This document shows, one piece after another, positions 1 through 13,686 of a DNA stretch of 64,000 nt (positions are counted from its first letter, which is position 1; every line of letters begins with the position of its first letter). Below the pieces are notes generated by a model. That model worked only from the letters and a program-made list of their open reading frames with translations. It was not told the origin of the DNA and made no database searches. The stretch is from Novakomyces olei. Lineage: Eukaryota. The stretch covers positions 806,001-870,000 of the forward strand of contig JADEYG010000003.1 in NCBI GenBank assembly GCA_016906335.1, read 5' to 3'. Position numbers and translations under genes: made by a program.

Positions 1-724
1 ATTGCCTTTTAAAAGGTCAGTTTATTTAATTCGTAAGTCAAGTGTGCCATTACCATTCCAGCGTCAAGCTTTCCCACTTTGAATTGCACTTTAGTCGCCA
101 TTTTGAGCGGCTTTGCCTTTGGTTTTTGCCCAGCGCCGACTGCTCAAAGTTGTGGGTGTTGTGTACGTGTACGCTAATCAAGTCAATATTGACTGTGACT
201 TGTGTATGACTTATTGACTTTAATATAGCATGTCCTGCGAATATATTTAGTGATGTTATTCCAGTTGGCCGTGCACTATATAAATAATATCGGCCCCACA
301 ATGAATAGTTCTGTCTATTGGAACAAAGAATATGAACGAGGAACAGGTGGAAACGGTCGAGGCGACTGCCATCAGTAAAACCTGCAATTTACCCTACAAT
401 ACTAGTGTAAAATAGTACTCTAATTGTTGAAGCCAGAGGTATACTTTGCACGAGCAAATACACGTAAAGTGCGGGAAAGACTGAGAATTTTCAATATTCA
501 AAAACAGACTCCATTTAATCATTAAAGCTGCCGCTCTTAGATGCAATATTCAGTACATAGATCCATAATATACTCGACTATTTAACACGCTACGCACGCA
601 CAATATGAAATTGCATAGAGTTTCGAGCAAAAGCCCTCGCTCGTCTATATTAAACTTCACATTCTTTGTAGAAAATGTGTCGGGTATCACATAACAATAA
701 GTCTGAGCCTGCCCTTTTCAGCGT

Positions 725-1647
725 TCAACCAGTACAGCTGCTAGTTATTGACTTTTGACGCTTCCCTGACTCACTGCTGCTGGTATACAGACTTTTGACT
801 GCCTCGCTTAACGGCCGCTTATTGCGACTCGACATCTCGTCTTTAACACCCTGAGTCACACGTGCGACGCGCGAATTCTCGTTGACCTCCTGTCGTTCTT
901 TTGTCCCGGAATCAGTCGTACGTGCCTTTTTACGTTTCCGTGCTTGCAATGTGTGCGTTAACCCATGTGAGCGTAAATATTCCCTCCGTTCAGCTAATCG
1001 GCGCACATCGTTGGGCTGTGTTGGGTTGATTGGAATAATATCGCGCTGATCGTACTCCTTGCTGCACTATCCATGGTGATTAGTATCGCAAGTGAAGATC
1101 TGAAATAAAACAATAAATTAATAAATTAATACAGTAATACAGTAATAGAGCAACCAAAAAATAGATCAATCATACGATTATGCAGCCGTCCTGCTTTACA
1201 TTATCGAGTGCAGCACGATCCATAGCGTGGCCACACGGAACGATGTATACAAAGTGCGAAGTTTCATTCATTTCGCGCATAGTCACAGGACACGCAAACA
1301 GCCGGTACTCTGAGTCTGGCGGAGTGACATCATGTAACTTGAGCTCCTGCACATCTTTAAGCGACTGGATATGCTCCGCACGAGACTCGCCACCCTCTGA
1401 TCGTCCCAGAATATGCTGTAAAACAGCTTCTTTATTGTATAATCGGCCGTACGCGCACGACACTATCGGCGGCTCCAGCTTTTGTCCAGACAGGGTACAC
1501 GAATTCCACGCCTCGTGTGCCGCTGAAAGCTGCGCTTCACGGTCCGCAGTTTTACGTTGCGCAGTCTGAACTACTTCAGAGCGCCTCGGGATCGAACCCC
1601 CGTCGTTTCCTGCGCATTAGTTTAGACGATGTATTGATCATACCCAT
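725..1647 (-). CDS. RTF2: Replication termination factor 2 (Rtf2, RING-like) homolog; 2 introns (1610-1643 and ~1068-1175)
   Basis: Splicing ATGG|intron|GAAAC gives the hallmark N-terminus MGNDGGSIPRRSE. GRLYNKEAVL, CPVT and PCGH motifs are present, followed by a basic C-terminal tail. Confidence 0.88.
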
Positions 1648-1734
1648 TGCGAGTAGGAGTTTAGTGGTCGATAGCTTTGCTATTTTTTAGCTATTTAATC
1701 TATATTTTAGCTATTTTTCAGACTGCATTAATTC

Positions 1735-1800
1735 ACATAATATATTCATATAATAATTATATTCATATAATAATTATATTCATATAATAATTATAATCAT
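1735..1800. repeat. AT-rich ~19-bp tandem repeat (TAATAATTATATTCATA-like) in the RTF2/SPT20 divergent promoter
   Basis: About 3 copies visible directly. Confidence 0.75.
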
Positions 1801-1959
1801 GTATTATTACCAAATAAATATGCTATAATACATTGATTTAAATGAATCGATCAGACAGCCAAACATGTGCGCACGAGTCAACACTATGAACTCGACAGGA
1901 CGCCGCTTTTTTTAACCCTAAAAGCAGTAGAGTAAACGTCGGTACAGCGCCGAGCGGCA

Positions 1960-4192
1960 ATGTCCACATCAGTCGGTGTTGCGCGCAAAACTGCGCCGGT
2001 TACTCGGGGCGCAGCAGACGCAGCAGCAGCTGCTGCTGCTTCTACTACTACAAAGCGCCGAGATAGTACCAATTCTGTTGAAGTCACAAAAGAGCCCGAG
2101 GCGCCGCCTGTGAGACTCGCACGGACCACGAGCGAAATTTTGGAAAAGTTCAAAAACGTTCCCGCGTCGATTGTGATTCATCTTCACCCTACACATTTTC
2201 GATTTGAGCAGCAGGATAGCGTGTTCCAGTTCAATGGGCCCATGAGGGTAAGATTTCCACCTCTTTGCCATTTACTTTTCTTTTGCTCTTTACAATTTAA
2301 ACTTTTGAATGCAGGTTTGCAAGACTAGTGTGGTATTGCTTCACCCTTCGTTTACTTTAATGGCCGTGTCTTTGCAATAACCACTCTCCCGTCAGTTTTC
2401 AATATTAAATTCATGTTATTTTATTCTGTTTGTTTCTGGGTTTCATTAACCACAGGTCATTCTCGAGGCTTTACGGACCGAGACAATCCCCGCTGATATC
2501 GTAGAAGTATTACATATGGCAAAAATTGAGTTCTACGAAGGATGCTTAATCGTAGAGGTGCACGATCACAGACCACGACCAGCAGAGAGACAGCAGATAT
2601 CGCAATCGCTAAATGCCGGCATTAAGAGTGATTCTGCTAGCACAAACACGGGCGCTGGCGTTGGTAACCGCGTCGATACTGATATGAGCGACAAATCAAT
2701 GTTTACATTGAAGCCGAGCATGGCACAGACAGGAACCGTACCAAACCGCGTTTTCCGTACAGTATTAAAGCCGACACAGGAATCTTTATGGCAGGATTTG
2801 TGTATCCATAGCGAAACACAAATGGGCCGGGTTCCAGATGCAATGGCTCTCCAGTTAGAAGGCGAGATTCTAATTGCCACGGAACCGCACCTCGTCCTGG
2901 ACGTAGTAGATCATCCAGTTGCCACAGGCCGAATAATTCAGTACTTGGGCGATGCTTCTCCGGCTACAGCAATGAAACGCAAACGTGCTCATGGACAAAA
3001 GCCTCGTACTGCCGCAGAAGCAGAGAGTTGGGCAGAAGAAGAGCGTATTATGCTCATGATGGACGAAAGACAGGGGAAGCCGCCCTTTCAGCCGAGTTTC
3101 TCCAAGCTTGCCTATGTCGAACAGTTGCGAAGGAAACTGGCAGTGCAGCAGCAGCAAAAGGAACAGCAACAGAGACAGCAGCAACAGCAGTTTCAACAAA
3201 GACAACAGCAATTACAACAGCAACAATTGCTGCAACAGCAGCAACTACAAAAGCAACAGCAACAGCAGCAACAACAACAGCAAAATCCCACTCAGGCCAA
3301 ACCGGCAAGAGGAAAGAAACAGCAGCAGCCGTCTTTTTCTGCACAGCAACAGCAAATGCTCATGTTACAACAGCAATTACAGCAACAGCAACTACAGCAA
3401 CAGCAGTTACAGCTGCAGCAACAGCAACAGCAACAGTTGCAGCAACAGCAAATACGAATACAAGCGTCTCCGCAACCCAAATCGTCCCCCCAATCTCCTT
3501 CCCTCATTAACCCTGACCCTAACTCAAACTTTAACCCTAACTTTAATATCAACCCTAACCCTAATGGTCAATTGAGTCGACCAGGAGTAGGGCAAATGTC
3601 GCCACAGCAGCAACAGCAGATATTACAGCAAAGGCGGAGAGCAGTCTCTGGCGCGACGCCAGGCAGTGGAGTTTTTGGAGCATCTCCACAGGCAGCAGCG
3701 GCTAATTCCCCATCGCCCTTAGCTAACAATGCCCAGACAAGAGGATCGCCAAATGTACGTGCAAACGCAGAGCTGCTAAAGGCCAGACAGCATGCTATTT
3801 ACTTGCATCAGTATGCCTCACAGTTAAAGGCTTCCGGTATGACTCCTGCTCAAGTAACAGAGGCAGTGAGTAAGCATGCAAAGGAAAAAGGTATGGATTT
3901 ACAAATGGTTACAAACGTGGCAAGGTCCCTACATATGAGACAGCAACAACAGTTGCACCAGCAGCAAATGCACCAGCAGCAAATGCAAATGCAAATGAAT
4001 CAACCTGCTCAGTCTCAAATGCCGCCTCAACTGCCGCCTCAAATGACGACTCAAATGCCGCCTCAAATGACGACTCAAATGCCACCTCAAATGCATGCTC
4101 AAATGCAACAATACCAAGAGCAGCTGAAGCGACGGCAGCAGCAGCTACAGCAAATGCAAAAACGGCAATTACAAAACAAACAAAATCAGTGA
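1960..4192 (+). CDS. SPT20: SAGA complex subunit Spt20-like protein with Q-rich C-terminus; intron 2248-2455
   Basis: PASIVIHLHPTHFRFEQQD and FYEGCLIVEVHDHR are characteristic Spt20 (SEP) domain motifs. A GTAAGA..CACAG intron joins the two ORFs in frame. Confidence 0.88.
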
Positions 4193-4414
4193 ATGGAGGG
4201 ACGCGGGATCATTGTCTATAGTCGAACATGTTGTGTATAGAATAGTATTGTGGATACTTTTGCAATAGAACAAGAGTCTAGGTTCGTAGGCTTAGTGCTG
4301 TCCAGATGGAGCTGATCTGTTTAATTAAGCATAAAAGTACGCTTTACTAGGCACTTTATTAATTTTTAAAATATCTATTTTTACGATCCAAATGTTGAAT
4401 TTATCAATAGATTT

Positions 4415-4562
4415 TATTAGTCTTGTTTTCATTAGTCTTGTTTTCATTAGTCTTGTTTTCATTAGTATTTTCATTAGTCTTATTTCATTAGTCTTGTTTT
4501 CATTAGTATTTTCATTAGTCTTATTTCATTAGTATTAGTATTAACATTAGCATTAGCATTAG
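4415..4562. repeat. Degenerate 15-bp minisatellite (TTAGTCTTGTTTTCA) between convergent SPT20 and UTP13
   Basis: Tandem copies visible directly. Confidence 0.85.
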
Positions 4563-4702
4563 ATTTATTCTAATTTTTATTTCAATTAAATACTGATCAC
4601 AAATCTAGTTTTGCTAGTGTCCATTTCTAAACATCATTCTATAATTCAATTTTCATGCTATACTAATGCCGCACCCCACGTACTCGTCCCACTTCTTCCT
4701 CC

Positions 4703-6451
4703 TCAGATTTGGTTGCCCATTTCCTCGTCGCCTACTTGTCCCATATCCTGCACAATGTACTCCAAAACCCAGCTCTCCTGTTTCAAACCGGCCAAGCGGT
4801 CAAAGTGCCGTTCCGAGTACGCGGCCAATGCGTCCACAATCTCCCGTATTCCCGGTATTGCGATCAAAACTTGTGGCGAGTAGGCCGACAGTACTGTGCG
4901 CAGAACTGCCTGAGCAACGGGAAAAGTACGCACATTCGTGTTCCAGTCACGTACACGTCGCAGCAGTACAAGCAGCTGTGGCGGAGAAAGGCTTTGCAGC
5001 ACCTCCTCTACCAGCACCCTTTGGCCCTGTGCTTTACCCTGTGCTTTACCCTGTGCTTTACCCCTACCTTGAGCTTCTGGCTCTTTGCTTTCATCGTCAG
5101 AGTAAACGTGCTTGAGCAGCCTCAGCAGTCGCTGAGGCTGGTCGAGCTGCAGAGCCAGAACGATAGCATTCCGCCAGTCATGGGCCTGGACGTAATTGTC
5201 CAGAGCCTGCTCAGTCTCCACCTTTGTCTTGCGGGCAGCTGCCTCTGCCTCCCGTGTCTCCAGCGTTGTATCCCGCCATAGATTAACTATCCCATCGGCA
5301 CCACCCGTGCCTATCTCTGACCCGTCCTGCCGGACAGCCAGGGCCCATACACGATCGTCGTGGCCGTCTAGTGTGGCCACACACTCGCCCGAGGCCAGGC
5401 TCCATACTTTGGCTAACCCGTCAGACGCACTCGACACGATCTGTGAGCTGGCAGACAGGAATTGCACATTCAGCACAGAGTTTGTATGGCCCTCAAGGGT
5501 GCGCAGGCAGGTATAGTCCTGCAGAGACCATACCCGGACCGTCGAGTCCCCACCCGCTGAGGCCAGCAGCCGGGTATCGGAGGCAAATCGGACCGACCAG
5601 ACTCCGCGCCGATGGCCCCGGCAAACACCGACAACTTGGCCCTCGTACGAGTCCCAGAGTTTTATTGTCTTGTCCTGACTGGCTGTTGCCAAAAGCGCAT
5701 CGTTAGGAGCAACATCAACCGCATTTATCTCCCGATCATGAGCTTTACGTGTCCACAGGGCAGATTTGCTGGTGGCCGACCATTTCTTTACTGTTCCGTC
5801 TTGAGCAGCGCTCACTATGAAATTGGGGAGATTGCCTTTATTTTCGGGAGGCGTACGTGAAAGTGCTGTCGCTACTACACTGCCAGTATGGCCAGTGTGA
5901 GTAGACAGGCACTGCAGAGAATTGTCAGTATACTGCCAGAGCCTTACACTGTTGTCTTTGGCCCCAGTCGCTATATAGCGGCCGTCCGTGTCGAGACAGA
6001 GGATCGTGTCTGTGTGCGCTTGGCCTGTGGCCAGCGTCCTGTTCGTACGGGAGATTATTGTAAGCGTCTCTGAGTTGCAGGCGAGCGCTAATGCTGGCTC
6101 ACTTGCACTGCCCACAAAGGCGAGATCGATTACTTCCTCATAGATACCACACTGCCTTGAAAGAAGGGCCAATTCTGGCGAGGCAGTCGAAATTTGTACC
6201 AGAAAATGGTCTGACTGTGCTACAAGTAACAAATCCAGTGGGGGGGAGTATTGCATGTCCATTATAGACACCTGGCCGGTCGGGGGGGTTGGGGGGGTGG
6301 GGGTCAGCGGCTCGCCATCTACGGACCAGAGTCGCGCCTGATTCAGTTCGCCACCTGTGTATATAATTTCACGTCCCAGTTGGGGGCGTAGGAAACCGCA
6401 CGCCTCTATTGTCTTTTATTAGTCCGAGATAATAAACTAAACAAATATGAA

Positions 6452-6526
<75 letters not shown>

Positions 6527-7316
6527 ATTAAATAAAATCCATTTTTTATCGTTTTATCCAATTGTTTCAAATACCTCGTTCACCAGAATCGTTTCCACAA
6601 GTTTAGCTTCCTTTTGTTGAACGTCCCAAACACAAACGACTTTATCTCTTGCGCCGGTAATGAGCAGGCTCCCGTCAGAGGAGAAATCAAGCCCGCGGAC
6701 CGTGCTCGTATGGTTTTCGAGCACGGCTAAAGACTTTCGTGTGACCAGATCCCACAGCCGAACTCGGCCGTCATCGGCTCCAGTAGCAAGTCGCCAGCTA
6801 GAAGCCTCTCCGTAGAACTGCAGCGCAGTTACGATACCGCCATGACCCTTAAACTGATGGGTCATATGGCCTTTCCGCAGGTCCCATACTTTAACACTGC
6901 CTTCAGCTCCACCAGTAGCAACTAGGGTTCCTGTTTTATCACATTTAACGGTTATTATTGGCGCCTCATGAGCGCGTACAGAGTGGACACGACGGCCGTC
7001 AGGAAGCGAATATACACGCATCATCAAACTGCGTGAGCAAGTAATAAGGAAACTGCCGTCGGGGGACAGCGCAATGCAGGTCAGCGGCTCCGTGTCACCC
7101 GCTATCCGCGCAATTTGCTGGCCCGTCTCGTAATGCTGCACTATAGCTTCGCTATCTAGTACCGTCGCCATGAATCCATTGTCGGCCAAGGCAACGCCGC
7201 CGCCTCCATAGAAGGGCTCAATACGGTGATCAAGCGCATAACTATAAGAAAATTAGTGCTTTACTAATAATATTTTGCAGTGCTTACCTTGTGCGCTCTG
7301 TCGCAACCGACGGCAT
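4703..7316 (-). CDS. UTP13: U3 snoRNP WD40-repeat protein Utp13/TBL3; 2 introns (second contains a (TAAA)n tract)
   Basis: Many WD40 repeats, N-terminal IEPFYGGG, and C-terminal Utp13 domain (EQALDNY, DWNTN, ALAAYSERHFDRL). In-frame splicing reconstructed. Confidence 0.92.
6450..6535. repeat. (TAAA)n microsatellite in UTP13 intron 2
   Basis: About 20 perfect copies. Confidence 0.95.
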
Positions 7317-7357
7317 TTTGCAGAAATGTTTTTGCTCTCAATATTTATTTTATTTTT

Positions 7358-7510
7358 TATTTGATAATTTATTATTTGATAATTTATTATTTGATAATTT
7401 ATTATTTGATAATTTATTATTTGATAATTTATTATTTGATAGTTTATTAATTGATAATTTATTCTATTTGATAATTTATTCTATTTGATAATTTATTCTG
7501 TTTGATAATG
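7358..7510. repeat. 15-bp minisatellite (TTGATAATTTATTAT) upstream of UTP13
   Basis: About 9-10 copies, degenerating to the right. Confidence 0.9.
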
Positions 7511-7965
7511 AATTATTTAATCATAATTCATTAATCATAATTTATTAATCATTATTTTATACAGCGTATATTTTGGGACATTTAATTATTAGATTTGCCG
7601 TGTGCACAAAGTATGCATCCAAGTATGAAATACTCAAACTGTCTGCAGTAGCTTTGTACGTCTATCTAAATGTTGGTTTTGCAGAGCGACTAGCGTCTTT
7701 TTTTTTTGTTGTTTTCTTTTAATTTACTCGCTTGTTTTCGCTTGATTTACTCGCCTGATTTACTCGCTTCCTATTCCACTATCCACAAATGAAATAACTT
7801 GTTTCGCGTATTTTTCGTATTTTTTGCGACAGTATTATAATTAATTAATTAATTATTTCTTTCCTTCTTCCACGACTGTCACACTGCCCAATATTACATA
7901 AAAAGCGCACTATATCGTCCCGACCAGTCAAAAGAGCGCAATTACAGGCGCCATACTGACCAAAA

Positions 7966-9992
7966 ATGCGGCTGCTCTCGATGGCAATAGCGGCAGCCGC
8001 TCATCGGCAGCCGCTGTGCATACACGCGGCCCGTGCAGCGGCACCATCATTTTCAGCGCCCTTTTCGGCGCGGCAGTTTTCAGGGCAGACGGATCGGCAG
8101 TCGATCCCGAGGGAGCAGGATACAGTGGACGTGTGTATCGTAGGCGGCGGCCCGGCCGGCCTTAGTGCCGCTATCCGGCTGCGGCAGCTGGCGCAGGCAG
8201 CTGGCAATGACGATTTCCGAGTACTGGTGCTGGAAAAAGGCCCGGAAATAGGGTCACATATACTATCAGGAGCCGTAGTAGAGCCAAGGGCACTCGATGA
8301 ACTGCTGCCAGACTGGCGCAACGATCCGCCAACGGCAACAACGGCCGCTGGTGCGGAGTATATGCGCTTTCTCACGCCAACAAGGTCTGTCCCTCTCCCA
8401 ATGCCTCCGCAAATGCATAATGCGGGGAACTATATAATGTCGCTGTCAAATATGACGAAATGGCTGGCTGAGCGAGCAGAGGCGTTGGGGGTAGAAGTTT
8501 ACCCCGGATTTGCAGGTGCTGAGGTGCTGTATGACGAGCATAGTGGTGCTGTTGTGGGAGTAGCCACTGGCGATGCTGGTGTGGCTCGCAATGGAGAGCT
8601 CAAGGACTCGTTTGAAAGGGGTATGGCTTTTAATGCCCGTGCTACACTGTTTGCAGAGGGCGCCCACGGCTCTCTGAGCAAACAGCTGATACGCAAATTC
8701 CAGTTACGAAAGGGCCGCAGCCCACAGACGTACGGGATCGGGCTAAAAGAAGTGTGGGAGGTACCGGCGGAGCAGTGGGTCCAAGGCCAGATTCACCATT
8801 CGCTCGGATACCCGCTCGATAACGAGACGTATGGCGGTGGCTTTATGTACCATTTTGGCAGCAACTTGGTCAGCATTGGTATCGTGCTCGGCCTCGACTA
8901 TGCCAATCCCTATATCAATCCGTACATGGAGTTCCAGCGTATGAAACATCACCCCATGTACGAACAGGTCTTACGTGGAGGACGCTGTTTGGTGTACGGG
9001 GCCCGTGCCCTTAATGAAGGCGGCTGGCAGTCTATTCCACGGCTCTCTGTTCCGGGGGCCGCTCTTATTGGGTGCTCTGCGGGGTTCTTGAACGTTCCCA
9101 AGATCAAGGGCACACATACCGCTATGAAGTCGGGTATCATTGCTGCAGAGACTATAATGGAAGCCATTGCAGACCAGCAGTCGGACACTGAGCCCCTCAA
9201 CTTGGAAAAGTACGAGCCGAGATTACGCGAATCATGGGTGGGCAAAGAGCTGTGGGAGGTCAGAAACTGTAGGCCCTCTTTCCATAATCCATTGGGCAAT
9301 GTTGGCGGTATTCTTTACTCTGGCGTGGACACGCTCCTTCTTAAAGGTCGGCTGCCCTGGACATTACAGCACAATCAAACTGACGCTGCTTCCACGGGTC
9401 CAGCCGCCCAGTACCGACCCATCGATTACCCTAAACCTGACGGTGAAATCTCTTTTGATATTTTGACCAGCGTTTCCCGCACTGGCACTATGCACGATGA
9501 AGACGAGCCTGTTCATTTGGTGGATACGAAACCGACACAGCGTCAAAGCTCGTATGCAAAATACAAGGGAGTCGAATCACGGTTCTGCCCGGCTGCCGTT
9601 TATGAATGGGTTGATGACAGTACTACGGCAACGGGGAAACGGTTCCAAATTAATTCGCAAAATTGTATTCACTGCAAGGTATACCGAGATTTGCATTTAA
9701 AAAGAAAAACTAACGCAATAGACTTGTGATATCAAGGATCCTCTGCAAAACATTAACTGGACCGTCCCACAAGGCGGTGAAGGGCCCAGTAAGTCTTTTC
9801 TTGTTAATTTTTTTGATTTTTGTTTTATATTTTATATCATGCATCTTTATGGTTTCATACTCTTTCTGCGTGCATTCTATATTGTAAAACTATTTTGGTT
9901 TATTTTCTATTTTCTTTACAAAAAGCACGCTATCCTTTTAGCCAAGCTTTCTTGCTCCTTGTCGCTAACTTGCAGAATATTCGATGACATAG
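7966..9992 (+). CDS. CIR2: Mitochondrial electron transfer flavoprotein-ubiquinone oxidoreductase (ETF-QO); introns 9679-9721 and 9789-9975
   Basis: Presequence-like N-terminus, FAD motif [16 protein letters not shown]-like motif, and 4Fe-4S motifs FCPA..YE and QNCIHCK|TCDIKDP. Spliced end is EGPKYSMT*. Confidence 0.95.
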
Positions 9993-10181
9993 TTTTGGTG
10001 ATGCATAGTTTGCCTCATGTGTATATTGTGGACTAATCGTTTACAAATGTTGATAGCAGGAGACAGCGTAATGATGTGGCATATGGCATATGACCAAATG
10101 AATGATGTATAAGCATTCAATAATTGCATAATCGTAGATGTAATAGTGAAATGACTCTCCAACGATACCGACTGTGATTAA

Positions 10182-10514
<333 letters not shown>

Positions 10515-11254
10515 TTTCTGTAAACCCCAGAAAACCCGGACAAAAGTCTGGCTGCAAAAGTATTATCATAACAGTATGCAGGAGTATGTATTGTGATTAT
10601 TATTAGAGAACATCCTTTTAATTAACCAAGGCGGCGACGGACAAAAAGCCGATAATTTGACTTGGCGGCCTCCGAAAATTTGGACGAGCTTAAAGTCTCG
10701 CGAGCAGTAATCAACCAGAGCTGCCAAGGCCTCGTTGATTTATCATACTGCAGTGTCTTTGGATGTGAGCTCCTGCTGAAGTTTCATCGTGTGCTCTTTA
10801 AACGATCAAAGACCGGTTTTCAAGACTAGCAGTGTTGATTTGAAGGTAAAGTGCTGCAGCGCTTTGATCGGCAGTCAGAGCCGTCTACTGCTTTTCTCTT
10901 GGAGTTTTTTGCTCAAATACAAGTAACGAAAGCGAGAGGGCCACTAATTCTTAGTCTGAATAGTACTCGCTGGACCGAGGGCTCTCCTTGAGCAGCCTCA
11001 CAGTTTTTACATACAAATTTGCTGGAGTGGCAGTTTCAAAACGAGGCAGCTGCATTTACTGGGCAGTTTTGCGCAGGCGGCAGGCGCAGAGCGGCAGAAC
11101 AAAGGCGCCGCTCATAATTTGCTGCCAGCGAGCAGCACTTGACCGGAATAGCCGCTGAGCGAGAGTTATTGTTTGATTCGCTCTATCGAGATCATATTGT
11201 CGGGTCTCTGTGATCCGTATTCGAGTAAAAGAAACCAAAAATTCAGACAACAAT

Positions 11255-13643
11255 ATGAGCCCTACAGACGCGCATGATGCTGCGTTTGAGAGCGAGTATG
11301 TATTAGAAAGGCGGCAGGAAGCTGCCTCTGCAGCTGCAGAGGCAGCCGAGGTGGCTGTAGCTGCTGGGACAGGCGGGGCTACAAAGAAAAAGAAAAAGAA
11401 AAGCAAAAAGAAAGGCTCTGTGCACCCAGACTCGCTGGCTAACGACGACTCTCATGCTGATTATGAGGATGTTTTACACCGGGAGTTGGAGCGTACCGCT
11501 TTCACTTCAGGCGTAAACAGTCCCGCGTTATCAGAGACAGCTTATGACTCCTCAAGGTTGCCCTCGTTTAGTATTGATGGTGATACAGTAATAGGCCCGA
11601 GTGGTAAGAAATCCAAAAGAAAAAAGAAGAAGAGGGGCAATACGGGGGAGTCACGGAGCCATGCAGGCAATGAGGGTCCGGACACCGAAGTTCCGGAGCC
11701 CGGGCTTTTCAAAAATCGTATCTGGAGCACGTCGAGTAACGAAGAGCGCGCTAGGATCCGAGATTTTTGGTTGTCACTGGCGGAAAGCGAGCGCCGGAGC
11801 CTTGTTCGAATAGAAAAGGAGGCTGTATTGCAGAAGATGAAAGAGCAACAGCGGCATTCATGCTCCTGCTCTGTTTGCGGTAGGAAACGGAGTGCAATTG
11901 AAGAAGAATTGGAGGTTCTTTATGATGCTTATTACGACGAACTGGAGCAGTTTGCTCGTCTTCAGCAAAAGCTTGGTGCAAACAATAGGAAAATTCGAGA
12001 ACTTGAAAACGGAATTGCTCACGGGTCCGCGGATAAGGGCTGTTTGGCGGCAAATCATAAGATAACCTCTATATCGCATTCACAGAGCAATTTCATTGAG
12101 CCCTTGGATGGCACTCAACATGCTAATGATTTGAGTCAATCGTCTGATCTCGTTCAGTCGACCGAAGACGAAGCAAGTGACATTGATTTTGCCGGCGAAC
12201 AGTCGCACGAAGACCTGTCGAAACCAAGCGCAGATTCCTCATCGAGAGAACTGCCGGATTTTTTCAATTTTGGCAATAGTTTAACGGTTAAAGGCGGACT
12301 ACTGACTGTTGCCGATGATTTGCTTGTTGACGATGGCAGAAAGTTTATTGAAATGATGGAACAGTTGGCTGAGCGGCGAATGCAACGGGAAGAGGAAGCA
12401 GTAATGGACGCCTTAGGCTCGGACGAAGATGTCTACGATGAGGATGAGGAGAGTGGAGACTTTGATGAGGAGGAGGAGGAAGAGGACGTATTAACCGACG
12501 AGCAACGAATGCGGGAAGGCCGTCGAATGTTTCAAATATTTGCAGCGCGAATGTTTGAGCAAAGGGTCTTGCAGGCTTACAAGGAACGCGTTGCACAAGA
12601 ACGACAGCAGCAGCTTATTGCCGAACTTGATGAGGAGAACAAGCGTGATGAGGAAAAAGCGTTGAAAAAAGCTCGCGAGTTGGAAAGGAAACGTGATCGA
12701 AAACGGTAAGATTAAAAAACAAACCCAAAATTAGATAATAATGATGAATAAACATTATAAACATTTGCTAATTTACCCAGGCAACAAAAGCTGGCAAAAG
12801 AGGAGGCGGCGGCCAAGAAGGAAGCAGACCGGCTGGCGGCAGAGGCGGAAATAAAAGCCAAAGAGGAGGCAAGAGCAAACGAGCTAAAGAAGCGAAAAGA
12901 AGAGCTTCGTGTAAAGCGTGAAGCAGAATTGCGGGCAAAAGAGTTGGAGAAACAGCGGAAAGAGGAGGAGCGTAAGAAGCGCATTGCAGAAGAGCGAGCA
13001 CGTGAGCAAATAAAAGAAAAGAAACGCAGAGAGCAGCAAGAAAAAGAGCGGTTGCAAGAAAAAGAGCGGCAGGAACAGGAACAGCGTGAAAAAGACAAGC
13101 CAAAGCCGTCAGCTACCAGCCAACAGCACCGTGCAGTCCCTACAAACTCTTCCGCACAATTCTCCAAGTCTCCAAAACTGGCCAAGGCCATATCAAAATC
13201 GCCTCGTGACGGTTTTGCTACAGCCAACCATCTCCAGCAAGTCAGGGCGGGTACTGCACCAATTCCCGTTCCCGTCCCGAGCCCGTCGCTCAGTGCAAGT
13301 TCTATTGGCACAGGCGCAGCAATACGTGGCCGCGGCAGTGCGCCAAAGAGTTTAGCAGCCAAACCGGAGAACGAAAGAAGTGCTTTGGGGCAATTGGCAG
13401 AGGCAGCGAGTACTGAGCCGCTCTCTCCAAAGGCTCAGTCGGCTCTGCGACGGCCGTTGGACCGCCCATTTGCTTCTGGCAATGTGGCCTATAGCAAACC
13501 AGAACAAACCCGCCCAAACGACTCTGGATTCGGAGGGCCGTTTGGTGCGAGAGACGCTATCGGCCTCGCTGCACAGTCGCTGGAATCGCTCTCTCTTTCT
13601 CCTCAGCCACCAGCAATTCCAACAGGACCCAAGGCTCAGAGGC

Positions 13644-13686
<43 letters not shown>

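Noticed and set aside
1-20. GCCTTTTA resembling the U5 snRNA loop 1
   Set aside because: Imperfect match (needs GCCTTTTAC) and no supporting stem or Sm-site context is visible.
6282-6303. G-run tract (possible G-quadruplex) in UTP13
   Set aside because: Explained by Pro/Thr codons (PTPPTPP) on the coding strand; single instance.
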